Virus record (IMG/VR): IMGVR_UViG_3300025018_000058
Coordinates: 1-38,428 of that record
Strand: one strand, 5' to 3'
Source of the DNA: a virus
Lineage: Duplodnaviria; Caudoviricetes
DNA: 38,428 bases
Shown here in pieces: positions 8,379-16,627 of the stretch (position 1 is its first letter; every line of letters starts with the position of its first letter). The notes under the pieces are model-generated. The model ran no database searches and had not been told where the DNA came from. It saw only the letters and a list, made by a program, of their open reading frames with translations. Position numbers and translations under genes: made by a program.

Positions 8379-8741
8379 TTATTTTAAGAATTGCTCTGCA
8401 ACTTCTTTTTCTTTTTTTGATAATGTTTTAAAGATAAGATTAACCCCACTCTTGTCTTCTGTTTTCCATTCTTCTTCTTTTACATCTACAAGTATTTCTT
8501 TGCCTAATGTTAGTTCTTTAAAATTCTCTGCCTTTGCTGATGCTGTCTTATTCTTTTTAGGGTCTTTCTCATCTTTATACTCAAACATAGTCATCTTTAA
8601 CCATTTACCAGGATAATTAGGACAATCATCTGCACTCTTAATACTTACATCACATAAATTATATTTCTTACCATCTTTCTTTGATGTTATTTCTTTCTCA
8701 TCATTTATAAACACATTTTCCACTTTTATTTTTTTTATCAT
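8379..8741 (-). CDS. Putative OB-fold ssDNA-binding protein
   Basis: Beta-rich, basic, SKKDGKKY hairpin, between helicase and exonuclease genes. The fold is inferred. Confidence 0.4.
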   Translation of the reverse strand: MIKKIKVENVFINDEKEITSKKDGKKYNLCDVSIKSADDCPNYPGKWLKMTMFEYKDEKDPKKNKTASAKAENFKELTLGKEILVDVKEEEWKTEDKSGVNLIFKTLSKKEKEVAEQFLK

Positions 8742-8794
8742 TTTTATTTTTTAATTATCTTTTTAATCGCACATAAGTCCACCGACCTAGACCC

Positions 8795-8823
8795 ATTATA
8801 TCATATTATCGTTATAAAATCAA
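8795..8823 (-). promoter_or_regulatory. sigma70 promoter
   Basis: TTGATT-N17-TATAAT with TGn. Confidence 0.65.
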
Positions 8824-8848
8824 GTCTTTTTAAAATACACCACATTTT

Positions 8849-10354
8849 CTACCAGTTATCAAGTCCACTCTGTTTTGGTTCATTCTTCTCTTTGAATGTA
8901 GGAATAGATGTTTCAGTAGTAAACTCTATTGGTAAACCTATCTTACCTGTCATTGTATTAAAGTTATATATTCTACTACCCATCTCACCTTTATTCTTTA
9001 CAATATCTACTTCAAGCTGTCCTTTCTCTGGGCTTGATAACATCACTACTGCCTCAGGGTCTTGGTATGTAGATGAACTACCTTTTAAGTCCTCCATCTT
9101 AGGTTTCTTTGGAACACTACCAACACCTTCTTGTTTCTTTATATGATGAACAATAAGGAATAGGATATTAAACTCTTGTGCCAAACTCTTAAACTCTTGT
9201 AATGTATTTGATGTTTCTACATTATGATTTTCTGTAGACTTACGAACAAGATAATCTAAGTGGTCTACAATTACAACTTTTGTGCCAAATATTTTCTTTG
9301 CTCTTGCTATTGTATCTCTAATCTGTTCTCTTGATGGTATAGAGAAATAAATAGGTAATTCGGATACATCTTTTACAAGTTCATCTAATTGATTATTATC
9401 AAACTCATCTAATTCATACTGTGTCTTATCTGTTCTCACTTGTAGAAATCTTTTACCTACTGTCTTTATTCCTCTTTCAAATGGTAGTATTAGAACTGGA
9501 ATATTTTGTTCTGCTAATTCATTTGCAATATTTAGAACTATCGTAGTTTTTCCAGCATTTGAAACCCCCGAAAGTATAGCAATCCAATCTTCTTCAAACT
9601 CAACATAAGGAATACATTTAAATTTATAGACATTCTCTTTCTTCTCTCTCATCAATTCTATAACATCTCCTAGTCCTTTATACTTATATGTGTAGTATGG
9701 TTTAGCTTTGCCCCATAATTCTCTAAACTGAGTTACGTCATTCTTTTTGAAATAATCATTCAAGTCTACTATATCAGATGGTAATGTTATCTCAAAACAT
9801 TTATCTGAACCAACCCTTTCACTAAAATCTAAAGCATTTCTTTTACCTTGTTTATTGTTTTCAAAACAAGTATAGACTTTAGGTATGTTATCAAATAATT
9901 CCATCCACATACCTGTTCCATCTTTACCTACTGGAACACTTACCACAATATCTATACATGCTTGCCACGCTGACATAGCATCAAATTGATTACTAACAAC
10001 TAGGACACTTCCTTTCTTCTTTGCTTTCTCTATACCCTCCTCATTGAATATCCAGACCTCACATCCTTTCTCTTTTGCATATTTAATCTTTGGATTATTC
10101 TCTAATGCTCTATATGCCCAATTTACTAATTCTTTATTCTTGTATTCAGGTATAATTATATTGTGTCTATAGAAATCAAAACCAAGATTAAAATGTTTAA
10201 TTGTTTCATCTGATAAGTTCTTATTTATTTTAAAGAAATCTTTACTTTCAGACCATTTGTATACCTCCTCAACAAACATATTGAGGTCGTCTTTATTTGG
10301 GATTTTATATTGCCCTCCTACACTATCTCTCATGCTTGTTATGGTTGTAATCAT
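8849..10354 (-). CDS. Primase-helicase fusion (TOPRIM-like domain plus SF4/DnaB-like helicase)
   Basis: Walker A GVSNAGKTT, Walker B VIVDHLD, HHIKK, DLKGSS, KNKG; N-terminal half has a primase-like layout. Confidence 0.85.
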   Translation of the reverse strand: MITTITSMRDSVGGQYKIPNKDDLNMFVEEVYKWSESKDFFKINKNLSDETIKHFNLGFDFYRHNIIIPEYKNKELVNWAYRALENNPKIKYAKEKGCEVWIFNEEGIEKAKKKGSVLVVSNQFDAMSAWQACIDIVVSVPVGKDGTGMWMELFDNIPKVYTCFENNKQGKRNALDFSERVGSDKCFEITLPSDIVDLNDYFKKNDVTQFRELWGKAKPYYTYKYKGLGDVIELMREKKENVYKFKCIPYVEFEEDWIAILSGVSNAGKTTIVLNIANELAEQNIPVLILPFERGIKTVGKRFLQVRTDKTQYELDEFDNNQLDELVKDVSELPIYFSIPSREQIRDTIARAKKIFGTKVVIVDHLDYLVRKSTENHNVETSNTLQEFKSLAQEFNILFLIVHHIKKQEGVGSVPKKPKMEDLKGSSSTYQDPEAVVMLSSPEKGQLEVDIVKNKGEMGSRIYNFNTMTGKIGLPIEFTTETSIPTFKEKNEPKQSGLDNW

Positions 10355-11062
10355 TTATTCTAGTCTTTTATTTATAATGTCTATATATTCTGGTGAGATT
10401 TCTATACCTATATAGTTTCTATTGTTTTTCTTTGCAACTAAAGCTGTAGTTCCACTACCCATATAAGGGTCTAAAATTATATCATTTTCATCTGTTGTAT
10501 TTAACATTAAAGTTTCTACAAGTTCTTCAGGAAATGGAGCTGGGTGGTTTTTCATTGGTTTAGGAGGTATTCTAATAACCTCAAGTTGATGTTTACTTCT
10601 TTTATAAAACTTTGGTTGTATATTTGTTTTAGTAATCCAATAAATATGTTCCGTAGTTGGAAACCATCTTATTGGAGCAAGTTGCATACAATTTGTTCTA
10701 TCCCAAATAAGTAATTGTCTTATATTAAACTCTTTTAACCACTCGGAAGGTAAGATACATTTATGATTTTTTACTCTTGGTTTATGATTATAAAATATAC
10801 TACCTTTTGGTTTTATAACTCTAACCATTTCTCTTATTAGTTGTTTTTGTTGCTCTTGATATTCTTCTTCGGGTAAGTCATCTTTAAAATCACCATAATC
10901 TATATTTGCTTTCTGCCAACTATCTGTCTTACCACATTTTCTATTTGCACTATGTTTGTTATAGGGTGGTGAAGTAATAATACAATCTACCGAATTATCT
11001 GGTATGTCTTTCATTACTTCTAAACAATCTCCTTGAATTACTTTGTTTATATATTTATCCAT
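10355..11062 (-). CDS. DNA methyltransferase, N4-C/N6-A beta class (likely start MDKY at 11062)
   Basis: GDCL, TSPPY, HPAPFP, LDPYMGSGTT, IGIE motifs. Confidence 0.9.
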   Translation of the reverse strand: MDKYINKVIQGDCLEVMKDIPDNSVDCIITSPPYNKHSANRKCGKTDSWQKANIDYGDFKDDLPEEEYQEQQKQLIREMVRVIKPKGSIFYNHKPRVKNHKCILPSEWLKEFNIRQLLIWDRTNCMQLAPIRWFPTTEHIYWITKTNIQPKFYKRSKHQLEVIRIPPKPMKNHPAPFPEELVETLMLNTTDENDIILDPYMGSGTTALVAKKNNRNYIGIEISPEYIDIINKRLE

Positions 11063-11063
11063 G

Positions 11064-11315
11064 TTATTTAGTTCCACTAATTATAAATTTCCCATCTTCA
11101 ATAATACATTGTGTTGTTTCTCCTAATAGACTTACTGGTTTACTTCCTGATGTCCTTGAGGTTGTTTTGGGTAATAAAGGACAGGCTTGGTCTAACATAT
11201 CCCATATTTGCTCTGCTGTGAAAATTTCGTCTTTAGGTAATTCACCAAACCATTGTCGGAACATTCCTAGATTAAATTTTGAGAAGTCTGGTTGTTCTTT
11301 TATTATTTTAATCAT
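11064..11315 (-). CDS. Hypothetical protein
   Basis: ORF in a packed operon. Confidence 0.6.
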   Translation of the reverse strand: MIKIIKEQPDFSKFNLGMFRQWFGELPKDEIFTAEQIWDMLDQACPLLPKTTSRTSGSKPVSLLGETTQCIIEDGKFIISGTK

Positions 11316-11321
11316 AATTAT

Positions 11322-11723
11322 TTAGTTAGTTAATAATTCTGGTGTTTCGTAGATGTTGCCTTGAATACTTGTATCAATAGAATCAGCAATTTCACTTAAT
11401 GCAAGATATACATTCCCATCTTTTATTGGGCTACATTCCCAACGAGCTTGTTCATTATCCCAAACAACTTCCCACCATTCAGTATCATTTTCTAAAATAT
11501 CCCCATCATAAATCTCTTTTCCATTTTTATCTTTAAGTCCTGTGTATTGCATCCAATCACAAAACTCCCAATCCCATGTTTTTAATTCTTTTTGTGTTTC
11601 TTCATCTACATAATAACTAGACTCTCCACAATTTAAATCACCTGCACAATCATTTGGAAATGGTATACCACTAAACATTATTTTATGTTCCTTATCCCAC
11701 GCTCTAAATTTTATTTCTCTCAT
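11322..11723 (-). CDS. YopX family protein
   Basis: MREIKFRAWD...MQYTGLKDKNGKEIYDGDIL...GNIYETPELL. Confidence 0.9.
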   Translation of the reverse strand: MREIKFRAWDKEHKIMFSGIPFPNDCAGDLNCGESSYYVDEETQKELKTWDWEFCDWMQYTGLKDKNGKEIYDGDILENDTEWWEVVWDNEQARWECSPIKDGNVYLALSEIADSIDTSIQGNIYETPELLTN

Positions 11724-11732
11724 ATATTTTAT

Positions 11733-11891
11733 TTATTTTTTATTATCTTTTTCTTTAATACACCCATAAGGACAATTACCTTCTTTTATATTCTTAATTT
11801 GTTTAGAATACATTCTCTTTTCATAACTATTTATTGAGTTATTTTTTAACTCGGTTAGTCTGTCTAACCACCATTTTGTTTCTATTTTCAT
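11733..11891 (-). CDS. 52-aa hypothetical protein, not in ORF track
   Basis: MKIETKWWLDRL...CPYGC...KK*; fills the operon gap. Confidence 0.5.
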   Translation of the reverse strand: MKIETKWWLDRLTELKNNSINSYEKRMYSKQIKNIKEGNCPYGCIKEKDNKK

Positions 11892-11892
11892 A

Positions 11893-12081
11893 TTACTTTA
11901 TGTTTTTAGTTTCCTCTAAACTTAATTGATAAAAAGCCCACAACATACTTACATCTCTACCACAGTAATCACAAATATAATGACATCTACCTAATCTTCT
12001 CATTTTAAAAATGTCTGAGCCAAATACTGCCTTGTAACAACAATCATTGTCTTGTATTTGATTTTTATGTTTGTTTTTCAT
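11893..12081 (-). CDS. Small Cys-rich (Zn-binding) hypothetical protein
   Basis: CC...CDYCG. Confidence 0.55.
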   Translation of the reverse strand: MKNKHKNQIQDNDCCYKAVFGSDIFKMRRLGRCHYICDYCGRDVSMLWAFYQLSLEETKNIK

Positions 12082-12093
12082 ATAGTTTAATTG

Positions 12094-12192
12094 ATATGCT
12101 TATGCCTCCGTTCAAGGTCTTCACTATTTTACTGGGGCAACAAGACAGTCCTTCTATTGCTTTCCCCCTTGAACTGCGAGGCATAAACATAC
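12094..12192 (-). ncRNA. Structured intergenic RNA element A
   Basis: Outer arms GTATGTTTATGCCTC.GTTCAAGG / CCTTGAAC.GAGGCATAAGCATAT and inner stem GCAATAG/TTGTTGC; mismatches are G-U on the minus strand. Confidence 0.6.
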
Positions 12193-12210
12193 CAATATCT
12201 TATAATTATT

Positions 12211-12615
12211 CTATTCGCCATAGCCAGAACCAGAACCATAGCCAGAACCATCGCCAGAGCCATCACCATAGCCATAGCCAGAGCTAGAGCCATAGCCATA
12301 GCCATAGCCAGAGCTAGAGCCATAGCCATAGCCATCGCCAGAGCCATCACCATAGCCATAGCCAGAGCTAGAGCCATAGCCATAGCCATCGCCAGAGCCA
12401 TCGCCATAGCCAGAACCAGAACCATAGCCAGAACCATCGCCAGAGCCATCACCATAGCCATAGCCAGAGCTAGAGCCATAGCCATAGCCATCGCCAGAGC
12501 CATCGCCATAGCCAGAACCAGAACCATAGCCAGAACCATCGCCAGAGCCATAGCCATAGCCATCGCCAGAGCCATCGCCACGCATTTGGTATTCATTTAA
12601 TAATGTTTCTTTCAT
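12211..12615 (-). CDS. Gly/Ser/Tyr/Asp dipeptide-repeat protein (134 aa, start MKETLL)
   Basis: ATG 4 nt after the DUF6948 stop; ~120 aa of G-X repeats. Confidence 0.65.
   Translation of the reverse strand: MKETLLNEYQMRGDGSGDGYGYGSGDGSGYGSGSGYGDGSGDGYGYGSSSGYGYGDGSGDGSGYGSGSGYGDGSGDGYGYGSSSGYGYGDGSGDGYGYGSSSGYGYGYGSSSGYGYGDGSGDGSGYGSGSGYGE
12217..12579. repeat. GC-rich hexamer-periodic tandem repeat with higher-order duplications
   Basis: Units GCCATA/GCCAGA/GCCATC/ACCAGA; a ~34-codon block recurs. Confidence 0.95.
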
Positions 12616-12619
12616 AAAA

Positions 12620-12985
12620 TTATTTTTGTTCCCAGATGGCAACTGACTTAATTGATAATCTACTTTCTTCTGTTGTATCAATTATTTCTATAACTTGGTT
12701 TAATTCAACTGTTTCTACTTCACAAGGGAATTTACATTCGCCTGCTTTTTTAGTTCCTTCCATAGCTAATTGAGATAAAGAACAAGCCCCAGACCAATAC
12801 CATAACCTACGAGCATTTTTTAATATCACAGTTTCGTTAGTTTTTTCTTTTAGATAACCTGCAAATACACCTGCATTTTGTGTTCTTATAATTACATACT
12901 TCATACCATCTAAAGTTTCAGCACTCTTTTTAATATCACTTTCTTTAACATAATTAACACCATCTATACTTATTACTTTTACCAT
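12620..12985 (-). CDS. DUF6948-like protein, predicted Sm/SH3-like barrel
   Basis: YVIIRTQNAGVFAGYL...VILKNARRLWYWSGACSLSQLAMEG signature. Confidence 0.7.
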   Translation of the reverse strand: MVKVISIDGVNYVKESDIKKSAETLDGMKYVIIRTQNAGVFAGYLKEKTNETVILKNARRLWYWSGACSLSQLAMEGTKKAGECKFPCEVETVELNQVIEIIDTTEESRLSIKSVAIWEQK

Positions 12986-13070
12986 TTTTATTCCTAGAGT
13001 TTATTGTCATCTAGTGGACTTAGTTTGTATCTTATAATTATTCTAATAATCCCCTTCTACGAGCCTCGTC

Positions 13071-13178
13071 TTAGTCTATTGTTTTCCTAACCTCGCTTGA
13101 CTTACAATCAGGACAGGTTAAATCATTATCATCTCCTATCCATCTTTTGTCGCAATTTTCACACCAATAGTTTGTCAT
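13071..13178 (-). CDS. 35-aa zinc-ribbon peptide, not in ORF track
   Basis: MTNYWCENCDKRWIGDDNDLTCPDCKSSEVRKTID. Confidence 0.6.
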   Translation of the reverse strand: MTNYWCENCDKRWIGDDNDLTCPDCKSSEVRKTID

Positions 13179-13179
13179 A

Positions 13180-13422
13180 TTAATATAAATTAGATTGATA
13201 ATCATCTCTTTCTCTTTCAACCTCACAACTATCTTCGTTTAACTTTTGGGATATTAATGAAGTAATATTTTTAACATCACTCAATTTTCTTTGTATTATT
13301 CCATCTACTAATTCAACCTCTGGTGGACAATTATAACATTCACTACAATTAGATTGATATACTAAATGCTGTGAGTGTTCCAAATATAAATCTTCTGTTG
13401 TATCAATTATTGTATCTTTCAT
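13180..13422 (-). CDS. Hypothetical protein (His/Cys cluster)
   Basis: EHSQH...CSEC; packed operon. Confidence 0.55.
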   Translation of the reverse strand: MKDTIIDTTEDLYLEHSQHLVYQSNCSECYNCPPEVELVDGIIQRKLSDVKNITSLISQKLNEDSCEVERERDDYQSNLY

Positions 13423-13424
13423 AT

Positions 13425-13667
13425 TTATATTGTAGAGAGGTATTCTATATAGTCGTTACGTTCCGACCAATCAAACTCTTCTCTATTAACTAATTTAAGA
13501 AATGCTTTATGTAAATCTTTCTTATTATATTTGCGACCTTTTATAGCATAACACAAATTTATATAATCACCTAACTGTTTATGGCTATCTCTTTGCCATT
13601 CAAATCTTCTTTTAATCTCGTTAAATTTGGAAACCCTAAATTCAAATTTGTCCTTAAATTTATTCAT
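13425..13667 (-). CDS. Hypothetical protein
   Basis: Starts 6 nt after a promoter -10. Confidence 0.65.
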   Translation of the reverse strand: MNKFKDKFEFRVSKFNEIKRRFEWQRDSHKQLGDYINLCYAIKGRKYNKKDLHKAFLKLVNREEFDWSERNDYIEYLSTI

Positions 13668-13673
13668 ACTTAT

Positions 13674-13720
13674 ATAGTATCACAAATCAATAAATAAAGC
13701 AAGCAATAGACTGTGGATAA
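13674..13720 (-). promoter_or_regulatory. Leaderless sigma70-type promoter with upstream DnaA box
   Basis: TTGCTT-N17-TACTAT with TGn; TTATCCACA at 13712-13720. Confidence 0.6.
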
Positions 13721-13755
13721 ACTATTAAACAATAATTAATTAATTTTGTCAATTA

Positions 13756-13986
13756 CTAAAATTTAATATTCTCAGGACCTGTTGCCTCTTTTTCAGAAAC
13801 TATTTGTTCCCACTTAGCAAGGAAATAATTAGATAATGTTACTAGGTCTATACTCTTAGCGATATATATATAAGCAACATCATCACCATCACTATTCTTT
13901 TCTATTGTAAAGAATTTACTTTTTATTACCCATTTACCTGCAAATTTATTATCATGGAAATGGTCTGGTATTTTTTCTATTGTCAT
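13756..13986 (-). CDS. Hypothetical protein
   Basis: ORF in operon. Confidence 0.55.
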   Translation of the reverse strand: MTIEKIPDHFHDNKFAGKWVIKSKFFTIEKNSDGDDVAYIYIAKSIDLVTLSNYFLAKWEQIVSEKEATGPENIKF

Positions 13987-13990
13987 AAGA

Positions 13991-14242
13991 TTATTTTCTA
14001 TTAATTAATATAGCATTTGCTCTATCATAAGTCTTTTTCATTCTAACCTTTTTGCCTATTATTCTATATGTATCATATCTAATAATTTTTTGAATGAGTA
14101 TTTTATTTTTCTTACAAATATCTCTAATCTCACCTTCTGTTGTTATATGACAAGGAGGAATATATCCAATAGGTCTTTCAAAATTATAATATTCATCTAA
14201 TACAATATCTCCTTTTTTAGTTTTTTTTATTGCTACATTCAT
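13991..14242 (-). CDS. Hypothetical basic protein
   Basis: ORF in operon. Confidence 0.55.
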   Translation of the reverse strand: MNVAIKKTKKGDIVLDEYYNFERPIGYIPPCHITTEGEIRDICKKNKILIQKIIRYDTYRIIGKKVRMKKTYDRANAILINRK

Positions 14243-14246
14243 ATAA

Positions 14247-15104
14247 TTATAAGTTTAAAAAGTGTTTAACCACTAAATCTAATAATGCGTCACTATTATC
14301 AAACTCTGTTTTATATCCACAGATATTCTTTACATAGATTTCATATTTATCAATACTTCCTTTAAATAAAGATAAATTAAATCCATTAGATGATAGAAAG
14401 TTCATCTCCTTATCGTTGTTATCGTTCATACCTTTCCAATTAAAGAAAACTATAAGCAAATAAGAAAGTTGTATCTCGGTATAACTAATAAGTAACTCTT
14501 TGATTACTTTACCACTACGACCATAAAGTGCCGAGGGTAGTGCTATTTCATACTTATTGTAATAATTCCTTCTATAAAAGTAAAGAACTCTTTGAACAGG
14601 TGATTTACCCCATTCATTAGGTAACGATAATGTTCCTATTGATTTAAAGTCATTACTTTCTTTTTTATTACTTAAAGCATTTATAGTTTTATTACTTAAA
14701 GCATTTATCTCCTCAAAACCAGACGTGGCTGTATCCACCTGTGGGTTTTGACACTTCTGGTTGTTTTTAATATCCTCAACAGTTTCTCTACCAAAAATAT
14801 AGTTTATTTTTAGGTAATGTCCTATTATCTGCCCTTTATCATTCCTTCTTAATGTTTCTTCTATAAATCCATTATCAACTAATACCTTTTTTGCTTCATT
14901 ATATCTTTTGTTACCCCAACTTAGTCCTTTCATACCAAATGTATTAGTGTTCCAAATTGAGTTTGTTTTTTGTATCTTAGCATTTTTAATATAAAATAGA
15001 TACAGAGAAAGAGAATCAGGACTTATAGAAAGTAACTTCTCAACTGTCTTTGTTGTAACTACAATTATATCTTGGTCTATTGTATTTTCTGTTTCTAATT
15101 TCAT
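14247..15104 (-). CDS. Replication initiator / replisome organiser (winged-helix, lambda O-like layout)
   Basis: SLYLFY...LSWG...AKKVLVDNGFIE N-terminal wHTH-like region, low-complexity linker with an internal DNA repeat. Confidence 0.6.
   Translation of the reverse strand: MKLETENTIDQDIIVVTTKTVEKLLSISPDSLSLYLFYIKNAKIQKTNSIWNTNTFGMKGLSWGNKRYNEAKKVLVDNGFIEETLRRNDKGQIIGHYLKINYIFGRETVEDIKNNQKCQNPQVDTATSGFEEINALSNKTINALSNKKESNDFKSIGTLSLPNEWGKSPVQRVLYFYRRNYYNKYEIALPSALYGRSGKVIKELLISYTEIQLSYLLIVFFNWKGMNDNNDKEMNFLSSNGFNLSLFKGSIDKYEIYVKNICGYKTEFDNSDALLDLVVKHFLNL
14663..14708. repeat. Two 22-bp direct repeats (24-bp period), iteron-like
   Basis: TTTTATTACTTAAAGCATTTAT at 14663 and 14687. Confidence 0.7.
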
Positions 15105-15105
15105 A

Positions 15106-15312
15106 TTATTTTAATGTGTCTACACCTGTAATTTTTTCATTCCAATTTCTACAACCCTCAACTATATCAATATCTCTATTTTGGGTTATAATTCTACCAC
15201 ATTCACATTTAGGTTTATCTTCATCTTTAATATATCTAAGATAAACTACTTTTTCATCTCTACAATACCCTATTTCTTCTACTAACTTATCATCATATTT
15301 TAGTATTCTCAT
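15106..15312 (-). CDS. Hypothetical protein with CECG motif
   Basis: ORF coupled to the initiator gene. Confidence 0.55.
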   Translation of the reverse strand: MRILKYDDKLVEEIGYCRDEKVVYLRYIKDEDKPKCECGRIITQNRDIDIVEGCRNWNEKITGVDTLK

Positions 15313-15335
15313 ATCGTATTACATTATTAATTTAT

Positions 15336-15430
15336 AACGCAATATCTAAATATTGCGTTCTCTTATGTGATATACCTAATGCTAGTAAGGAGAATACTTA
15401 AATAACCTTACCAGCACTAGATATACCACA
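15336..15430 (-). ncRNA. Structured intergenic RNA element B (25-bp stem followed by a perfect 10-bp hairpin)
   Basis: 15366-15390 pairs with 15406-15430, and all 4 mismatches are G-U on the minus strand; AACGCAATAT/ATATTGCGTT at 15336-15359. Confidence 0.65.
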
Positions 15431-15436
15431 CTCCCT

Positions 15437-15646
15437 TTAAAACCATATAACATCATCACTTACCTCATCTGTTATCTCTTTAACAGTATAATTGATATTA
15501 TCATGGTCATTTGATATTTCATCATTCCATAGCACTTCAGCCTCGAACTGAGAAAGTTGTGCTGTAGCATATTTACTTATCTTACCATTCTTATCTTTAA
15601 TTGTGAATAAATATATTTTATCTTCCATATAATCTAAGTCTATCAT
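15437..15646 (-). CDS. Hypothetical acidic protein
   Basis: ORF in operon. Confidence 0.55.
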   Translation of the reverse strand: MIDLDYMEDKIYLFTIKDKNGKISKYATAQLSQFEAEVLWNDEISNDHDNINYTVKEITDEVSDDVIWF

Positions 15647-15669
15647 AATTTTTAATAAAAGTCAAGTTA

Positions 15670-16155
15670 TTAACTATTGACATTATTCTTTTTTGTTTTA
15701 TATCTCTCGACCATGTATTTATTTATCTTTAACCTATTCTTCTTATAGTAGTCATTGTGTAGTTTAATGTGGCATATTTTACAAGTATAAGATTTACCTA
15801 ATCTATTCCTTTTTTCATTATAGAAATTATCTAGTAACTTATATTCTTTACAGATACAACAAGTTCTACCTACATTATCCCACACCTTTATTGCTCTTGA
15901 TTTACGAGTATACATTTTATTTACTTTTTTAATATAACATTCTTCACACCTCCTTGAAGCATAACTCTTACCATTTTTAGTTTTTAACTTTCTTGTAATG
16001 TTATCACAGTATTTACATTTAGTTTTAAATTCATTTTTCTTTGGTAAGAAATCTGAACACCAAGCACTACATACATTTTTTAATCTGTATTTATCTTCTA
16101 TTCCAATTTTTATTACATCTTTACAATGTAGACATCTTCTTATTTTCTCTCTCAT
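15670..16155 (-). CDS. Multi-CxxC zinc-finger protein
   Basis: Six Cys pairs; the last module resembles the N-terminal Zn domain of phage HNH/EndoVII proteins. Confidence 0.6.
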   Translation of the reverse strand: MREKIRRCLHCKDVIKIGIEDKYRLKNVCSAWCSDFLPKKNEFKTKCKYCDNITRKLKTKNGKSYASRRCEECYIKKVNKMYTRKSRAIKVWDNVGRTCCICKEYKLLDNFYNEKRNRLGKSYTCKICHIKLHNDYYKKNRLKINKYMVERYKTKKNNVNS

Positions 16156-16168
16156 TGTTTTAATTATT

Positions 16169-16351
16169 TTAATTATTATTCTTGTTATCTATTAACATTG
16201 TTTTTATTTCTAATCTTTGTGCGGCTGTAAGTCTATCATACATTTCTATTAATCTATCTGTTGTCTTCATACATTCACGACTTGTAATTATTCTACTTAA
16301 TCTACTTGGATTTATTTTCATAAAATTCATGATAACTAACTCTTTTACCAT
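16169..16351 (-). CDS. Hypothetical protein
   Basis: ORF overlapping the upstream gene; start uncertain. Confidence 0.4.
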   Translation of the reverse strand: MVKELVIMNFMKINPSRLSRIITSRECMKTTDRLIEMYDRLTAAQRLEIKTMLIDNKNNN

Positions 16352-16532
16352 TACTCATAATAGCTGTTCCATACAACAATAAATCTAATTTACATTTATC
16401 TATTTCTTTTCTTCCTTCTTTATTATACCATTCAAGAAAGATAATATTCATTAGTTTAATTTTCTTTCTATCTCTAAAATATTTAATTGGATTTTTATAC
16501 CATTTATATTTTGATTTAATTATTGGATTCAT
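16302..16532 (-). CDS. Hypothetical protein (likely start MNPIIK at 16532)
   Basis: ATGA coupling with the upstream peptide. Confidence 0.5.
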   Translation of the reverse strand: MNPIIKSKYKWYKNPIKYFRDRKKIKLMNIIFLEWYNKEGRKEIDKCKLDLLLYGTAIMSNGKRVSYHEFYENKSK

Positions 16533-16627
16533 TTTAATATTACCCACACTAACTGACTAATATACAATATCGCTATAATAGTCAATAAATATAAGGTTAT
16601 TTTAGTTATTTTAATAATGTATCTCAT
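16529..16627 (-). CDS. 32-aa single-TM peptide, not in ORF track
   Basis: MRYIIKITKITLYLLTIIAILYISQLVWVILK; ATGA-coupled at both ends. Confidence 0.55.
   Translation of the reverse strand: MRYIIKITKITLYLLTIIAILYISQLVWVILK

Noticed and set aside
12217-12579. CRISPR array or DGR template
   Set aside because: There are no unique spacers and the periodicity is codon-based; no cas or reverse transcriptase gene is present.
12129-12596. MAMAL-repeat ORF and the plus-strand HSQ-repeat ORF (12096-12287)
   Set aside because: Shadow frames of the hexamer repeat; the Gly frame has a coupled start and stop.
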